Origin: Gammaproteobacteria bacterium
Lineage (GTDB): Bacteria; Pseudomonadota; Gammaproteobacteria; Eutrophobiales; Eutrophobiaceae
Assembly (NCBI GenBank): GCA_965116495.1
Contig: OZ220696.1
Location: forward strand, 2,176,001 to 2,240,000
DNA: 64,000 nucleotides
Direction: 5' to 3'
In this document: positions 19,934 to 30,066 of the stretch, in pieces
How the letters are laid out: every line of letters begins with the position of its first letter
Position numbering within the stretch: the stretch's first letter is position 1
The notes under the pieces: model-generated
What the model saw: only the letters and a program-made list of their open reading frames with translations
Told to the model about the DNA's origin: nothing
Databases searched by the model: none
Made by a program: the position numbers and the translations under genes

Positions 19934-20336
19934 ATTCTATCCCAAAGAAGATATATTATGCGTATATAATATAATAATAATTATATAAATTGTCAATAAT
20001 ATTACCTTTTAGATAATATATGCACCATATATTATAACTTATACCTGTCGTGTGCGTGTGCCAGGCGGTTGAAGCGCTGACACGGTATTGAAAAAAGCAG
20101 GCCCGGCCAATTTTTCGAGGACTTCCTGAAAGAACAAAGATTAATGCCGTTTACTATTTCATTGTCCCAACATCTGTCCCAACATTTTTTCCGATATGAA
20201 ACTGCATCTCTGCGGAGGCGATATGTAATCTTCGTGAGGATTTGTAACTCATTGTATTAATGGTAATTATCGAATTTTTCGATGTTTCCTGATACTACTC
20301 AGACCCTGGCTTGATCCCAATCAGGAATCATCTATA

Positions 20337-20672
20337 ATGACTCCTGTGCGGGTAATCGCAAAAAGGTCATTAAGGAAGGTCTGGGAGTCGGTGCCTGAAT
20401 ATGCTGATGCGAAGGAGCCATTGGAGGCCTGGTATTTTGAAGTAATCAGGGCCTCATGGACTACTCCCCAGGAGTTGAAAGCACAGTTTGGATCGGCCAG
20501 TATCCTCAAAAACAGCCGGGTTGTTTTCAATATAGCGGGGAATAAGTACCGGCTCGTTGTTGCCGTCGATTACCGGAGACAGGCCTGTTTTGTGAAGTTT
20601 GTCGGCATTCACAAGCAATATGACACTATTGATGCGGAGACGTATGATGGATATTCAGCCCATAAAAAATGA
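20337..20672 (+). CDS. higB: HigB toxin
   Basis: ASILKNSRVVFNIAGNKYRLVV; paralog of 8051-8353. Confidence 0.9.
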   Translation: MTPVRVIAKRSLRKVWESVPEYADAKEPLEAWYFEVIRASWTTPQELKAQFGSASILKNSRVVFNIAGNKYRLVVAVDYRRQACFVKFVGIHKQYDTIDAETYDGYSAHKK

Positions 20673-21003
20673 ACGGGATTACGACCAGGCCCTTGCAGCA
20701 GTCGAAAGGCTGTGGGGAGCCGAAGAAGGGACGGAAGCGGGTGACAAACTGGATATCCTGTTAATCCTCGTTGAAGATTACGAAGACAAGCACCACCGGA
20801 TTTCACCACCGGACCCCGTGGATGCCATCAAATTCAGGATGGAACAAATGAACCTGACGAGAAAGGACCTGGAGCCCTGTATCGGCAACCGGGGCAGGGT
20901 TTCGGACATCCTGAACCGGCGCCGTGAACTCTCGTTGGCCATGATAAGAAACCTTCATTCCAGGCTGTCCATTCCGTTGGAGAGTCTTATCGGCGAGGCC
21001 TGA
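20644..21003 (+). CDS. higA: HigA antitoxin
   Basis: PIKNERDYDQAL..PDPVDAIKFRMEQ..RRELSLAMIRNL. Confidence 0.9.
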   Translation: MMDIQPIKNERDYDQALAAVERLWGAEEGTEAGDKLDILLILVEDYEDKHHRISPPDPVDAIKFRMEQMNLTRKDLEPCIGNRGRVSDILNRRRELSLAMIRNLHSRLSIPLESLIGEA

Positions 21004-21124
21004 AAGAAGGACCCGTACACCCGCCCTTCGACATTTCACCCGGCCCGCAGCTTGTCCCATCCATAAGGTTGTGCTGATTGACGATGAGGATCGTCTATCA
21101 AAGAATACACAGCAGTATACACGG

Positions 21125-21169
21125 CCGGTTCGATTCAGGCGAAAGTATGGCCAGGGACGTAATAGTACT
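21125..21169 (-). repeat. Copy of tRNA-Phe 3' end plus downstream flank (att-like site)
   Basis: ccggttcgattcaggcgaaagtatggccagggac versus 23028 ccggttctattcagacgataagtatggccagggac; 16-bp exact core at 21143-21158. Confidence 0.88.
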
Positions 21170-21390
21170 AAACTGATAAGATACTGTTATAAAAGCTTTT
21201 TTATTGGTTTAATAAATTCCATTGTAACATTTATTACAACATTTTGTCTTGTAAGGATTTGATGCCCTGCAGGTGGATCAGGGTACGGGTAGGAGGTCAT
21301 CCTCCACACGAAGCATTTTGATCTGCAATTTTATCGATGTGCCACCAAAATGTTTGACATATCTTATATGGTATATATACTCTTTTTAGT

Positions 21391-21672
21391 ATGTGGGCCG
21401 TTTATGAACATCGCCGGGTTGACAAACAGCTCACTAAGGCTCCGATTGAAGTACAGAAACGTTATGAGAAATGGAAGGATATTGTCAGTATTTCGGGTCC
21501 TGCCGGATTGAAGCTGATACGCGGTTTTCATGATGAGGCGCTTCGTGGTGAGTGGCAAGGCTTCCGTTCATCCCGCCTCAACCTACAATATCGGGTAATT
21601 TACGGAATCGAAGGTGAGAACCTTATGGTCCAGGTGGTGGAAGTGACTGCCCATGATTACAGGAAAAAATGA
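21391..21672 (+). CDS. RelE/HigB-like mRNA interferase toxin
   Basis: GFHDEALRGEWQGFRSSRLNLQYRVIY..AHDY; TTGACA..TATACT promoter-like sequence upstream. Confidence 0.85.
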   Translation: MWAVYEHRRVDKQLTKAPIEVQKRYEKWKDIVSISGPAGLKLIRGFHDEALRGEWQGFRSSRLNLQYRVIYGIEGENLMVQVVEVTAHDYRKK

Positions 21673-21935
21673 TTATGAAAGAATTTCGAGAAGCAAAATC
21701 CCGTATTCAAATTTCAACCGGGGAATCCGTCAGAATTATCAGGGAATTGCAGGAACTCAGCCAGAATGAACTTGCCGCTGTCACGGGTATCCCTCAATCG
21801 ACCATCTCCGCAATTGAGCGAGACAGGATCAACCTGGGAGTTGAACGGGCCAAGGTCCTTGCCAGGGCGCTCAGGTGCCATCCCGCAGCGCTGGTATTTC
21901 CTAATTGGGATATAGAATCGGAAATTGCCGCATAG
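21669..21935 (+). CDS. XRE-family HTH antitoxin
   Basis: RELQELSQNELAAVTGIPQSTISAIE; ATGA overlap with the toxin. Confidence 0.88.
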   Translation: MIMKEFREAKSRIQISTGESVRIIRELQELSQNELAAVTGIPQSTISAIERDRINLGVERAKVLARALRCHPAALVFPNWDIESEIAA

Positions 21936-22081
21936 TCGCTTTATCCTAATTCTCGATACAGCATCGGGTCAAACAGCATAGTCTTCCGATCAGGATTTGC
22001 GCAATTCGCCATAATTTTACCTCTAACCAGTATTCCGTTGTTTCTACCAGGAATGTTGCGCGGGATTTAAGGTCAAGCGCT

Positions 22082-22352
22082 TCAGAACGCCACCCTGTCC
22101 CCTCCCTTGAGCAGCAGAATCTCCCGCGCTTCATCTGGCGTCGCCACCTGCAGCCCCAGCCCTTCAATGATCTTGCGCACACGGGATACCTGATCGGCGT
22201 TGGATGTGGCCAGTTCACCCTTGCCCAGCCACAGCGAATCCTCAAGGCCGACCCGTACATGCCCACCCATGGAGGCGGCCATCGCGGCAACCCGCATCTG
22301 GTTGGCACCCGCGGCGAGCACCGACCAGCGGTAGTTATCGCCGAATAGGCGA
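22082..22352 (-). pseudogene. 3-keto-5-aminohexanoate cleavage enzyme (BKACE/DUF849) C-terminal fragment
   Basis: WSVLAAG..GGHVRVGLEDSL..ATSNADQV..ATPDEAREIL; N-terminal two-thirds absent. Confidence 0.85.
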
Positions 22353-22400
22353 ATTCTCCAGCTGGCCCGACGCACACATTAAATAATATTCATTGCATAG

Positions 22401-22419
22401 TGTAATCATATTGATTACA
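22401..22419. promoter_or_regulatory. Palindromic operator candidate for the downstream higBA
   Basis: TGTAATCA-tat-TGATTACA directly upstream of ATG 22428. Confidence 0.6.
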
Positions 22420-22427
22420 ATTCATGA

Positions 22428-22715
22428 ATGATAAGGAAGTTTCACCATAAGGGACTCAAGCGGTTTTTTGCCGACCCGCGGTACAGTGACAAGCGTGGAA
22501 TCAACCCGGACACGGCGTCACGCCTCATCGTCATTCTTGATGCGCTTGACGTTATTGAGAAAGCGGAAGAGATGGATATCTCAGGCCTGTATTTTCACAA
22601 ACTGAAAGGTGTGAGAAAAGGTGTATACAGCGTTCGCGTTACGGGCAACTGGCGAATCACCTGGAAGATGGCTGGTGAAGATGTTACCGATGTAAACCTG
22701 GAGGATTATCACTGA
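22428..22715 (+). CDS. higB: HigB-like plasmid-maintenance killer toxin
   Basis: MIRKFHHKGLKRFF..HKLKG..YSVRVTGNWRITW..VNLEDYH. Confidence 0.92.
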   Translation: MIRKFHHKGLKRFFADPRYSDKRGINPDTASRLIVILDALDVIEKAEEMDISGLYFHKLKGVRKGVYSVRVTGNWRITWKMAGEDVTDVNLEDYH

Positions 22716-23005
22716 TGAACCGTAAACCCTCACACCCGGGCGCGTTGATTAGAAACGTCATCCTGCCTGAGACCGGATTATCCGTCAGTTCACTCGCCGA
22801 GCGCTGTGGTGTTGCGCGCAATACCATGTCGAAGCTCATAAACGAGCGTGGTGACGTCACCGAGGACCTGGCCATTCGTCTGAGTTGTGTGCTGGGCAGC
22901 ACACCCGGGTTCTGGCTGGCCATGCAGTCGAAACTGAACTTATGGAAACTGGAGCGCAAGAACAGGCAAATCTACAGCCGTATGGAGCGCGTTCAGACAG
23001 GCTGA
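22715..23005 (+). CDS. higA: HigA (VapI-type) antidote
   Basis: PSHPGALI..SKLINER..LAIRL..TPGFWLAMQ. Confidence 0.92.
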   Translation: MNRKPSHPGALIRNVILPETGLSVSSLAERCGVARNTMSKLINERGDVTEDLAIRLSCVLGSTPGFWLAMQSKLNLWKLERKNRQIYSRMERVQTG

Positions 23006-23051
23006 ATAGCATAATCGCGCACAATGTCCGGTTCTATTCAGACGATAAGTA

Positions 23052-23124
23052 TGGCCAGGGACAGAATCGAACTGCCGACACAGGGATTTTCAGTCCCCTG
23101 CTCTACCTACTGAGCTACCTGGCC
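23052..23124 (-). tRNA. tRNA-Phe (GAA), CCA not encoded
   Basis: Reverse complement GGCCAGGTAGCTCAGTAGGTAGAGCAGGGGACTGAAAATCCCTGTGTCGGCAGTTCGATTCTGTCCCTGGCCA folds as a cloverleaf with anticodon GAA. Confidence 0.97.
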
Positions 23125-23248
23125 AAATCGATGCGGGCGCCACTGAAGAGGTGACGTCGAAGAAAGGGAGGTATTAAATCTTACTCCGGGTTTTCCGTCA
23201 AGCGGGAGATTTATTATGCGCAGTTTCCGCTTACAGAGTGTTTACAGG

Positions 23249-23521
23249 CTATTCGGTTGGGGAAACAAACTCCTTCGGTCTTTCGGAACCTTCGCCGAAG
23301 AAAAATTTCTCCATTTCCTCTTCGAGAAATGCCCGCGCTTTCGCTTCGAACGGGGTCAGGCGGTATTCGTTGATCAGCATGGTCTGGTGTGACAGCCACA
23401 TCTGCCACGCCTCCTTCGACACGTTTTCATAGATGCGGACCCCCAGCTGGCCGGGGTATGGCGGGGCGACCAGTCCTTCCGCTTCCCGGTTCAGTTTTAT
23501 GCAAGTGACTGTATGTGCCAT
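23249..23521 (-). CDS. yggX: Fe(II)-trafficking / oxidative damage protection protein
   Basis: [39 protein letters not shown]; follows mutY. Confidence 0.95.
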   Translation of the reverse strand: MAHTVTCIKLNREAEGLVAPPYPGQLGVRIYENVSKEAWQMWLSHQTMLINEYRLTPFEAKARAFLEEEMEKFFFGEGSERPKEFVSPTE

Positions 23522-23549
23522 GGTGTTCTCTCCTGTGTGTCGTTCGATA

Positions 23550-24587
23550 TTAGACCTTCTCCATCAGCGCTTTCACCGGAGCGGCCATGCCAATTTCCGG
23601 CCCGTGTTCCGGCGCATACCAGAGGTAGGCTTCATTATCCCCTATTGTATCCGCCTTGTCCCTGATTACGGCTTTGACCGGGGTAATATCCAGGTAAAAG
23701 TGACTGAAGCTGTGGCGGATTTGCGGTAGTGTGGTGAGCGCCCCGGATACCAGGACAGCGCGGGTCTTTATCCAGTCGGCCAGTTCCGTGCCGGAGTTGT
23801 ATTCAGGGAAACTCCATAACCCTCCCCATACACCGGCTGGAGGACGTTTTTCCAGCAGGATTTCCCCCTGTTCGTTTTCCAGCAGGGCGAATACAATCCG
23901 GCGCACCGGCAATGAAGTCTTTGTTCTCCCGGTCGGTAATTCCTTCTGCTCGCCGTGGCGGAATGCATAGCAACCTGATGCGAGGGGACAAGCGTCGCAG
24001 CGCGGCCGGGACCGGGTACAGACCGTGGCGCCCAGGTCCATGACGGCCTGGGTGTAGGCGGCCGTTTCCTGTTGCGGCGTTTCCCTTTCGGCCAGTTCCC
24101 ACAAGCGCTTCTCTACCTCCCCGTGGCCGGGCCATCCGTATATTCCATAGAAGCGGGCCAGCACCCGTTTTACGTTACCGTCGAGGATGGGAGCGCGGCG
24201 GCCATGGCCCAGGGTCATTATGGCCCCGGCGGTGGAACGTCCGATGCCGGGCAATGCCATCAAAGCCTCCGGATCATCGGGCAGGCGGCCGGCGAAATCT
24301 CGGGAGATAAGCTGTGCGGCCCGGTGCATATTCCTTGCCCTGGCATAATATCCCAGCCCCGTCCAGAGATGCAGCACCCGGTCCAAGGGGGCAGCGGCCA
24401 GGGGGACAGCGTCCGGAAACCGTTCAACAAAGCGGATGAAATACGGTATAACGGTCTTCACCTGGGTCTGCTGCAGCATGATTTCGGATACCCAGACGCG
24501 ATAAGGTCCGGGGTCCTGCTGCCAGGGGAGATCATGCCGGCCATGTTGTCTGAACCAGGGCAGTAATGCTGCAGCAAGCTCCGGCAT
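23550..24587 (-). CDS. mutY: A/G-specific adenine glycosylase
   Basis: [35 protein letters not shown]-x6-C-x2-C-x5-C cluster motif. Confidence 0.97.
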   Translation of the reverse strand: MPELAAALLPWFRQHGRHDLPWQQDPGPYRVWVSEIMLQQTQVKTVIPYFIRFVERFPDAVPLAAAPLDRVLHLWTGLGYYARARNMHRAAQLISRDFAGRLPDDPEALMALPGIGRSTAGAIMTLGHGRRAPILDGNVKRVLARFYGIYGWPGHGEVEKRLWELAERETPQQETAAYTQAVMDLGATVCTRSRPRCDACPLASGCYAFRHGEQKELPTGRTKTSLPVRRIVFALLENEQGEILLEKRPPAGVWGGLWSFPEYNSGTELADWIKTRAVLVSGALTTLPQIRHSFSHFYLDITPVKAVIRDKADTIGDNEAYLWYAPEHGPEIGMAAPVKALMEKV

Positions 24588-24616
24588 CAGTAATCAGCCT
24601 GAATATTTGATATCTA

Positions 24617-25183
24617 TCACGTCTCGTCGCTATGGGCGCCGGCGACCATGCTCTCCATCCTGAGGATGCTGTCACGCGCTTCCGTGACCATTTTGCGTTT
24701 CAGAAAAAACGGGCCGATGCCGGGCGGGACCCAGAAATCAGGCTGGAGTCGGAAACGATAGTTGATTTTACACCGGTCCGGGCCGAGCGGTTCGATCTGC
24801 CATTCCGTCCTGCCGTATTTGAAATCGCTTTGTTCCGGGACCATGATTGCCAGGAGCCTGCCGTCGGAGTACTGTTCCAGGTCCTCGACCATCACGACCT
24901 TGAAACAGAAGAATATGATACAGGTTTTGACGACGAGCCGGCGCCGGGTCTTATCCTCAGGCGCGTCCGGCACAAGACCCGATTCGATCATCACGTCGCT
25001 GAGTTCCTTGAAATTATCGTGGTCCATCAGGAGCGCTATCAGACCATCCCGTCCGGCCTCGACCTGCATCGTGAGGTCCAGTTGGTAATCGTTGCCCTCA
25101 TGCTCGACTTGGGCATACTGTATCTCTCCGGCGCTTGACAGCACACTGAAACAAACCAGAGCAGCAATTACCAGTTGTCGCAT
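24617..25183 (-). CDS. SRPBCC/START-like exported protein
   Basis: Signal peptide, CIIFFC, SDFKYGRTEWQI, PDFWVPPGIGP. Confidence 0.6.
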   Translation of the reverse strand: MRQLVIAALVCFSVLSSAGEIQYAQVEHEGNDYQLDLTMQVEAGRDGLIALLMDHDNFKELSDVMIESGLVPDAPEDKTRRRLVVKTCIIFFCFKVVMVEDLEQYSDGRLLAIMVPEQSDFKYGRTEWQIEPLGPDRCKINYRFRLQPDFWVPPGIGPFFLKRKMVTEARDSILRMESMVAGAHSDET

Positions 25184-25260
25184 TGTTCCTGTGTCATAAA
25201 TTGTTACCTGATCCGCGCCGTTTATTATACTGGATTCCGGCTTGGGCTGGAATATCAGGT

Positions 25261-25284
25261 GGGGACGGACTTAAGTCCGTCCCC
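25261..25284. repeat. 24-bp perfect palindrome (REP-like family 2)
   Basis: GGGGACGGACTTAAGTCCGTCCCC; identical copy at 61363-61386. Confidence 0.85.
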
Positions 25285-25307
25285 GGACAGGCCGTATTAA
25301 TCAGTGC

Positions 25308-28298
25308 TCAGTTCTTTTTGAAAATTCCCTTCAAACCTTCTTTCAGGCCCTCTTTCAGTAACTCCTTTACCGGGTCGAATTCGGAGTCCTCATCCGTTTC
25401 CTCCTCCTTTTCCCTAGCGTCGGGCTCTCCTGCCCCGGGAAGCGGCAAATCGAGAACGTCAAAGACTTTATTCAACAGTAATCCGGACACTATATCTTCC
25501 CAGTCAAGCCTTATTTTCGGATTATCCAGCGGGCCGGAGACCTTCAGGGGCAATTCCAGCCCTTCCAGTTCGGCCAGTTCTTTTCCGCCCGCGCCTTTTG
25601 CGGTATTGGCGACAGTCGCCCGGGCCTGGTAGTCGATGGTACCGGTGTGCAGGTCCGCCAGCACGCCGGCGCCCTGCAGGCGAAATGCCGGCGCTTTCAG
25701 GACCAGGTCATCCATTCGGATTATACCGTCTTTTGCTATGGGATTACCGGTGAATTCGGTAAAATCGGTCGCCGCAGTTTCCTCCACGTCGACGCTCCCG
25801 CCCCGTTTGAACTGTTTCCACCGGCGCAACGTCCGGCCCAGGTTGAAGCCGGTAATGGCGCCCTCGGTGAAGCTCATACTCATCCGGCCGTCCAGGCTAC
25901 GCTTCATGGCGGCAATGCCGGTACCCTCGGCGGTCAATACAGCAGTGAAATTACCCCTGCCGCGCAGGCGCGCCTTGTTCTTAATGTCCATCAGCAACGG
26001 TTCGGCCTGGATACCCGCCAGGTTTGCATTGAGCGTAAGCACCGGGATCCGGGAGTTCATGTCGAGGTTGATACCGGCAGCTAACCGGCCTTCATACAGG
26101 GCAGCCGTTACCGGGTCTGCCCGCAATACACCGTCCTGCGCCTTCAGTTGTAATGTAAAACCATCCAGGCGCGCCTTCGAAACAATCAGCCTGTCTATTC
26201 TCAGATCTCCCTCCATATCCGTGGCAGCCAGGAAAGCTATGGGAAGAGCGGCGAGCTCACCGGCTTTCCTGTTTGTCCGCGGGCTTCCCTGCCCGTTGTT
26301 CGGACCGGGAGGCAGATAGCGATCCAGGTCCAGTTGATCCACATCCAGGTCGAACTGTGAAACCGCTTCGTCCCGCATTCTGATCTCACCGCTGAGGCGC
26401 GTGTCATCCAGTTGCAACACCACATGCTCCAGGTCCAGGCCTGTTGCGGACCGGTCGAACCGGCCGGCCATGGAAACCTCGGTAAAGGTCTTATCGTCCT
26501 TCGTTTCGGGAAGTTCCTGCTTGAGTTGCCGGGCCATCCGGCGCAGGTTGAACGGTGAGATCTCCAGTTGTCCGCGGGCGGCAGGCTCATCGAAGATATC
26601 GGCGAACTCGACGTGGCCGGTGGTCCTGAGCCCAAGTCCATCCAGGGTAAATTCGTCGAGCACAAGCGTCTCCTTATCCAGGTTGAGCCAGGTATTTGCA
26701 TTGAGAGTCATGGTTGCGGGAGAACCGGGAATATCCGGCCCGGCGAATACGGCTGCAAGGGACATCATCTCCAGGGAAATCCCCGATCCTTTCCCCTCTA
26801 CGCGGGTATCAAGCTCCACGGATTGCAGGACCTGGGCCAGACCGGCCTGGTCCAGCGCCGTGAGCAGCCCCGCAATTCGGCTGCCCTTTATATTCAGGTT
26901 GCCCTCTACCTCACCCCTCCTGCTATTCATGTTCCTGGCGTCCAGCGCGCCCGATGCATCGAGACCCAGGGCTTCCAGCGACAGCGCCGGCACGGAGATG
27001 TCGCCGCTTTTCAGGTCGGCATCGAAGGCGGTCGTTACCCGGAATGCCCGGGCCGGGATACCCGCCAGTTTCCTGCCGTAACGGGCCAGCGCGGCGTCCT
27101 GTCCCCCCTGCAACTGACCCAGGACCTGCATCAGGGCAGGCAGGTCCGGCCCGCCGGCGTTCAATTCTCCCTGATAGCCTGGAGTCTCGGAGTGAATGTT
27201 ACGGGCCTTCACCGCGCCGTTGATGACCGCGCCCAGCAGGTTCGCCGACAGTTCGGACAAATCGATATCACCCCTTTCCAGGTCCGCATCCACCGTGGCG
27301 CTAACCTGGAAACTACGGTCCGCCAGCCGGGCCAGTTGTGACGCCAGCGCCTCTATCTCAGCCACCTTGAACAACAGACCCAGGTCCGGGCCCTGTGCGT
27401 CCAGGGTCGCGGCAATGGCAGGCGCGGTCGAATCGAGCCGTTGCGCGCTGAGATTGCCCCTGATCGAGGCATCCAGGACACTGAGGGTGAAATCGGAAAG
27501 CGCCGCCGTTGCCTCGTCCAGGTTCATATCAAGCGCGGCGGACAGCTTCGCCGCAGTCTCCCCGCCAGGTATATTCGCGCCGCTGATCACAGCATTAATA
27601 TCCAGGGGGGCAATGGCGATGCGCTGTTCATCCGTGGCGTAGTTAATGATACCGGCCAGGGACACGGTCGCGCCAAGCGCCGGCTTGGCGCTGTTGCCGC
27701 GAAAACTCAGATTGATATCGACGGGTTCGCCGTATTTCAGTTCCGCGGTCGAAATATCGAGACCGGAGACCTCGTAGCGTACCTTTTCGCGCCGGTCGTG
27801 CAGGGTGATCCTGGCGTCCTCGATGGCTACACCGCCCAGGGCAATTGCAGCCAAGGGCAGCAACGGTTTATCTCGTGCGGCGTCAGCCACGTCGTCGAGG
27901 ACGTCCCAGTTGGCAAGGCCCTGCTCATTGCGCACCAGGTTGATAACGGCGCCCCTGACGGCAACCGTATCCACTTCGTATTCTTCCCGTAGCAAGGGGA
28001 GTAATTTGACACGCAGCTTGACGTAATCCAGGGAAGCGAACGGTTCGGCGCCGAACACTTCGGTATTGGCGACGCTGATATTACCGGCTTCCACACCCAG
28101 CCAGGGATAAAAGGTAAAAGCGACAGGCCCGTCAAGGGAGATATTCCGGCCTGTCTCCTTGTGGAACCTTGCCTCTATCCAGTCCTTGTGTTCGTTGGGA
28201 TCGATTGTGCTGACCAGGATGACCACAGCCGCTATCGTGATAACGCTGAGTCCTGCCAGCCAGAACAGGAGTTTGATCAGCTTCTTCAGGAGATTCAT
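25308..28298 (-). CDS. asmA: AsmA family protein (elongated)
   Basis: N-terminal TM, IDPNEHK..TGRNISLDG..FYPWLG, C-terminal LPLKVSGPLDNP; asmA-mutY-yggX synteny; start set at ATG 28298. Confidence 0.88.
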   Translation of the reverse strand: MNLLKKLIKLLFWLAGLSVITIAAVVILVSTIDPNEHKDWIEARFHKETGRNISLDGPVAFTFYPWLGVEAGNISVANTEVFGAEPFASLDYVKLRVKLLPLLREEYEVDTVAVRGAVINLVRNEQGLANWDVLDDVADAARDKPLLPLAAIALGGVAIEDARITLHDRREKVRYEVSGLDISTAELKYGEPVDINLSFRGNSAKPALGATVSLAGIINYATDEQRIAIAPLDINAVISGANIPGGETAAKLSAALDMNLDEATAALSDFTLSVLDASIRGNLSAQRLDSTAPAIAATLDAQGPDLGLLFKVAEIEALASQLARLADRSFQVSATVDADLERGDIDLSELSANLLGAVINGAVKARNIHSETPGYQGELNAGGPDLPALMQVLGQLQGGQDAALARYGRKLAGIPARAFRVTTAFDADLKSGDISVPALSLEALGLDASGALDARNMNSRRGEVEGNLNIKGSRIAGLLTALDQAGLAQVLQSVELDTRVEGKGSGISLEMMSLAAVFAGPDIPGSPATMTLNANTWLNLDKETLVLDEFTLDGLGLRTTGHVEFADIFDEPAARGQLEISPFNLRRMARQLKQELPETKDDKTFTEVSMAGRFDRSATGLDLEHVVLQLDDTRLSGEIRMRDEAVSQFDLDVDQLDLDRYLPPGPNNGQGSPRTNRKAGELAALPIAFLAATDMEGDLRIDRLIVSKARLDGFTLQLKAQDGVLRADPVTAALYEGRLAAGINLDMNSRIPVLTLNANLAGIQAEPLLMDIKNKARLRGRGNFTAVLTAEGTGIAAMKRSLDGRMSMSFTEGAITGFNLGRTLRRWKQFKRGGSVDVEETAATDFTEFTGNPIAKDGIIRMDDLVLKAPAFRLQGAGVLADLHTGTIDYQARATVANTAKGAGGKELAELEGLELPLKVSGPLDNPKIRLDWEDIVSGLLLNKVFDVLDLPLPGAGEPDAREKEEETDEDSEFDPVKELLKEGLKEGLKGIFKKN

Positions 28299-28363
28299 TG
28301 ATCCGCCAGCTATATCAACTGTGCAGCCGGTTGACCTCGACGAGACATTAAACGGACCGAGCC

Positions 28364-29776
28364 TCAACCGTCATCGGCGTTAAGGGTTGCCAGGTAGCGG
28401 CGCGCCTCGGCAACCGCCTTCTTAACCGTATCGGGGGCAGTCCCGCCTGAAATATCCCGGGCGGATACGGAGCCTTGCAGCGTCAGGTATTCGTAAACGT
28501 CAGCTTCAATTCCATCGTGGAATTGCTGCAATTCATGCAGTTCCAGGTGTTCCAGTTCACGGCCCTGCCGTATGGCAAGTTTCACGATGTTGCCGGCGAT
28601 AGTGTGGGCATTCCGGAACGCCATCCCTTTCACGACCAGGTAATCAGCCAGGTCGGTGGCCGTCAGGTAACCTTCCTGCGAGGCAGCCAACATGGCGCTG
28701 CGGTTGACCTGTATCGAGGGAACCAGCTTGAGGTAGGCCTCAAGACACAGCTTCACCGTATCCACTGCATCGAATACGCATTCCTTGTCCTCCTGGTTAT
28801 CCCGGTTGTATGCCAGCGGTTGCCCCTTCATGATAGTCAGCATGGCCATCAGGTCGCCATAAACCCGGCCTGTCTTGCCGCGCACCAGTTCTGCCACGTC
28901 GGGGTTCTTCTTTTGCGGCATGATGGAGGAACCGGTGCAGAGCGCATCGTCGATGTCGATGAAACCGAATGCCGGCGACAACCACAGGATAAGTTCCTCG
29001 GAAAACCGTGATAAGTGCAGCATGACCAGCGCCGCGGCGGCGCAGGACTCGATTATGAAGTCCCGGTCACTCACGGCGTCCAGCGAATTCTCCGCCACGG
29101 CGGAAAACCCCAGCAACCCGGCGCTCAACGACCGGTCGACGGGGTAACGCGTGCCGGCCAATGCCGCAGCCCCCAGCGGCATTACGTTGATTCGTTCGAG
29201 GCAATCACCGAAACGTTGCCGGTCCCGCTTCAACATTTCATACCAGGCCAGCATATGGTGACCGAACGTGACCGGCTGCGCCGGCTGCAAGTGGGTATAG
29301 CCCGGCATCAGGGTCGCGGCTTCCTGCTCGGCCAGTGCCACCAGCGCCTGCATGTTATGCAGCAATAACGACCTGATTTGCCCTGTTTCCGCGCGCAGGT
29401 AAAGGCGCAGGTCGGTAGCGACCTGGTCGTTACGCGAACGGCCGGTATGCACTTTTTTTCCCACCTCACCGACCCGTTCAACCAGGGCAGCCTCAATATT
29501 CATGTGGACGTCTTCCAGTTCCTGCTTCCAGGTGAACCTGCCTGCCTCGATCTCGGCCAGGATGGCATTCAGCCCATCGGTGATCTGCTCACATTCGGCC
29601 TGCGCCAGCACACCGGCGCGCGCCAGCGTCGCCACGTGGGCGATCGACCCCCGGATATCATACGGGGCCAGTCTCTGGTCGAAAGACACGGATTGGGTAA
29701 ACTCCTCCACGAACCGGTCCGTGGCCCCGGTAAACCGGCCACCCCAGGGCTTTTCTGTTTTGTTCTCGGTTGCCAT
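28364..29776 (-). CDS. argH: Argininosuccinate lyase
   Basis: [27 protein letters not shown]. Confidence 0.97.
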   Translation of the reverse strand: MATENKTEKPWGGRFTGATDRFVEEFTQSVSFDQRLAPYDIRGSIAHVATLARAGVLAQAECEQITDGLNAILAEIEAGRFTWKQELEDVHMNIEAALVERVGEVGKKVHTGRSRNDQVATDLRLYLRAETGQIRSLLLHNMQALVALAEQEAATLMPGYTHLQPAQPVTFGHHMLAWYEMLKRDRQRFGDCLERINVMPLGAAALAGTRYPVDRSLSAGLLGFSAVAENSLDAVSDRDFIIESCAAAALVMLHLSRFSEELILWLSPAFGFIDIDDALCTGSSIMPQKKNPDVAELVRGKTGRVYGDLMAMLTIMKGQPLAYNRDNQEDKECVFDAVDTVKLCLEAYLKLVPSIQVNRSAMLAASQEGYLTATDLADYLVVKGMAFRNAHTIAGNIVKLAIRQGRELEHLELHELQQFHDGIEADVYEYLTLQGSVSARDISGGTAPDTVKKAVAEARRYLATLNADDG

Positions 29777-29885
29777 CGGCAAGAATTAACGTTATCAGCA
29801 GGGCGGATAGTATACCGCAGTAAAGAAAAAGGTGGCAGACTAACCGTACGCCGGGTGTGACTGAAAGTGTGGTCAAACGCCTTAC

Positions 29886-30055
29886 TGTCATTCCCGCGAA
29901 GGCGGGAATCCAGTGAAAAAAACGTCCTCAAGGGACACCTTGTAATGTGTCCCCCGCTTACAACATGCGGGGGGCAGGCTCCAGTGACATGTTTAACAGA
30001 CTGGATTCCTGCCCCTGCTCAACGCCATACAGGGACAGGCTTTCGCAGGAATGAC
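29886..30055. repeat. Composite REP-like element (GTCATTCCCGCGAAGGCGGGAATCCAG family), inverted pair
   Basis: Forward copy 29886-29914 and an inverted, interrupted copy 30001-30055. Confidence 0.8.
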
Positions 30056-30066
30056 GTCTCTTCTGC

